Shown here: positions 62,201 through 64,000 of the stretch, one piece after another
How positions within the stretch are numbered: the first letter of the stretch is position 1
Layout of the letters: each line of letters starts with the position of its first letter
Assembly (NCBI GenBank): GCA_965285935.1
Contig: OZ260666.1
Location: 7,130,001-7,194,000 of the forward strand
Direction of reading: 5' to 3'
From: Ophelia neglecta
Taxonomy: Eukaryota
Length of the DNA: 64,000 nucleotides
Notes under the pieces: generated by a model
Told to the model about the DNA's origin: nothing
Databases searched by the model: none
Seen by the model: the letters and a program-made list of their open reading frames with translations, nothing else
Position numbers and translations under genes: made by a program

Positions 62201-63475
62201 AGTACCACGGCAGCCCAATAACCAAATAAGCACAAAAGGAATAAGTGCACACAGCTGTATCCGTTTTAGAATCTTATTGCAGATTATTGGTCAGAAAGAA
62301 CTAAATTTCCACACAAACTTCAGCGCGGATAGTCTTACAGTACATGGATGAAGGGCAAAGTGAAAGTAATCGATCTTTAAAATATACTGGTTGTCATGAA
62401 AAACATAACATGAAAGGTTATGTATTGTTGTTTGAATAAATACACCACTGTCGAAGGAGTGCTAAATTTCATGATATTTTAAGTTATATTGTAAATATGG
62501 CTTATTGCATGTTGTATGCATGTTCGTAATAGTACTTTGCTAAAAGCTAATAGCAACAATAGCAGTACGGAATTATTAGGAAAGTTTGTCAGTAAAGAAC
62601 ATACAGAAATAGCACTGATATAACAGGGAGGCATGTTATTGACTGATATACCCAATCAATGTTGATCACGTGACCTGCATTTGCTCAGCAAATTCTTTCA
62701 CCGTAATCCTAAACTCAATTCACTTTCTATTGATACTATGCAGCTCTTGTTGTATTGTCGAAGCGAATATAAGCGTTCATAAGTGTAAGTCGGAGAAAGG
62801 GTATTACCTGTTGATTCTTCGTAAGAAAGGAATGATAGTCCAAGAGGTGGAGGATATTTGAAGTAGAAGGGTTCACATGCAAACTTTAAGTGATTAGTAT
62901 AGGTCCGCACCCTTAATAACCCCATCCCCTGTCCTATCCAGACCCACAGGAAAGGGGACTCCAACCGTCCATGCGATCATCATCTCTCTTCCATAACAGA
63001 TAATTTGAACCCTGAAGGCACCTCTGTCAAATCTACGAACATTTAGACTTAGCGTACATTGTGAAAATTAGGTAGATAGTCTTGGTTTTCTACAAGATTG
63101 TTGCGGAATAACTGGAGTTTCTAATAGTTAAAATGTATTTTAACATTAAGTTTAAACCTTATACTATCGACTTTATCAATGACGCGTGTAGTGTTGTTGT
63201 ATTCTGCACCATGCACTTAAAGGTTTCGGATTGTCAGCAGGCCCATCTACGGTATTTCTATTGTTATCTACAGTTAGATGAATGTAAATCTAATATGTGC
63301 CGCACTACAAGCTGCTCTATATACCAATTTATATGAAATACTACTATAAATGATATACTACTAAACATACTAAGCGGCTTCTCTCTTCTTGAAACCATAT
63401 CTTTCATTTTTTTTCTTCTTTTTCTCTCTGTTCACCGAAATATACTAATGTTTGTTGCACTTAATATCAGATGCA

Positions 63476-63481
63476 AATAAA
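63476..63481 (+). terminator. Probable distal polyadenylation signal
   Basis: AATAAA followed about 20 nt later by a GT/T-rich tract (gagttggttgtttctttttt); other AATAAA at 60473 and 62435. Confidence 0.45.
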
Positions 63482-64000
63482 TTGTTGAATTTAAATTGAG
63501 TTGGTTGTTTCTTTTTTACATCGTGTATCATGAACAAGCGAGAGTTGATAGCCGGCAAGTAAAGCAAAATTATTATTCAAGAACAGCACATTTACTCAGC
63601 CAGCAGACACAGGCCCACAAACAAAAATCGCCTGCGATCTAAGAGTAAATAGTTTTACACTAACTCAATACTCATGATGAGAAATAATAGCAAGACAAAG
63701 CACAGCAATAAAATAACGAAAAAGAAGAAAACAAATGCTAACAAACCGGCCAGGTGAGCTAAATACTCAAGCATCCTAAAACAGTTCCCGGGCCGAAAAT
63801 TACGTCCACAAAAGCCGTCCGCCCACCCATATTACCCCGCCAATATATCTATTGTAACGAAGACGACACACCAAAAAAAACGCATTCGGCCCTCGCAGTA
63901 AAATTGCCCAAGGCGCCCAAGTAGGCCTCATAAGTGAAATATAATACCAAACAGGTTCGAACAGCCCCGATCGAACCAGTTTGCAGCGATGCAAGTAGTC

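Overview
Animal (invertebrate, probably lophotrochozoan) genomic DNA. I can support one protein-coding gene, on the + strand: a type II membrane dipeptidyl peptidase of the DPP4 family (S9B) with a DPP6/DPP10-type N-terminus. I traced 22 phase-compatible GT-AG coding exons by hand from 44989 to the stop at 59266 (2427 nt, 808 aa plus a missing first exon). The catalytic Ser-Asp-His triad is intact. The upstream 45 kb looks like the gene's long 5' region. It holds several candidate alternative first or cassette exons that would splice in frame to the transmembrane exon, an RFX X-box cluster, one intact tRNA-derived Meta-type SINE with a target-site duplication, and more than 20 minisatellites. 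A ~0.9 kb element is present twice, on either side of the transmembrane exon. The most unusual pattern is that several exon-intron junctions are echoed as degenerate tandem copies (exon edge plus splice site) running into the adjacent intron. A long AT-rich probable 3' UTR follows, to about 63.5 kb. Nearly all ORFs in the supplied track are spurious. All coordinates were read by eye; no searches were run.
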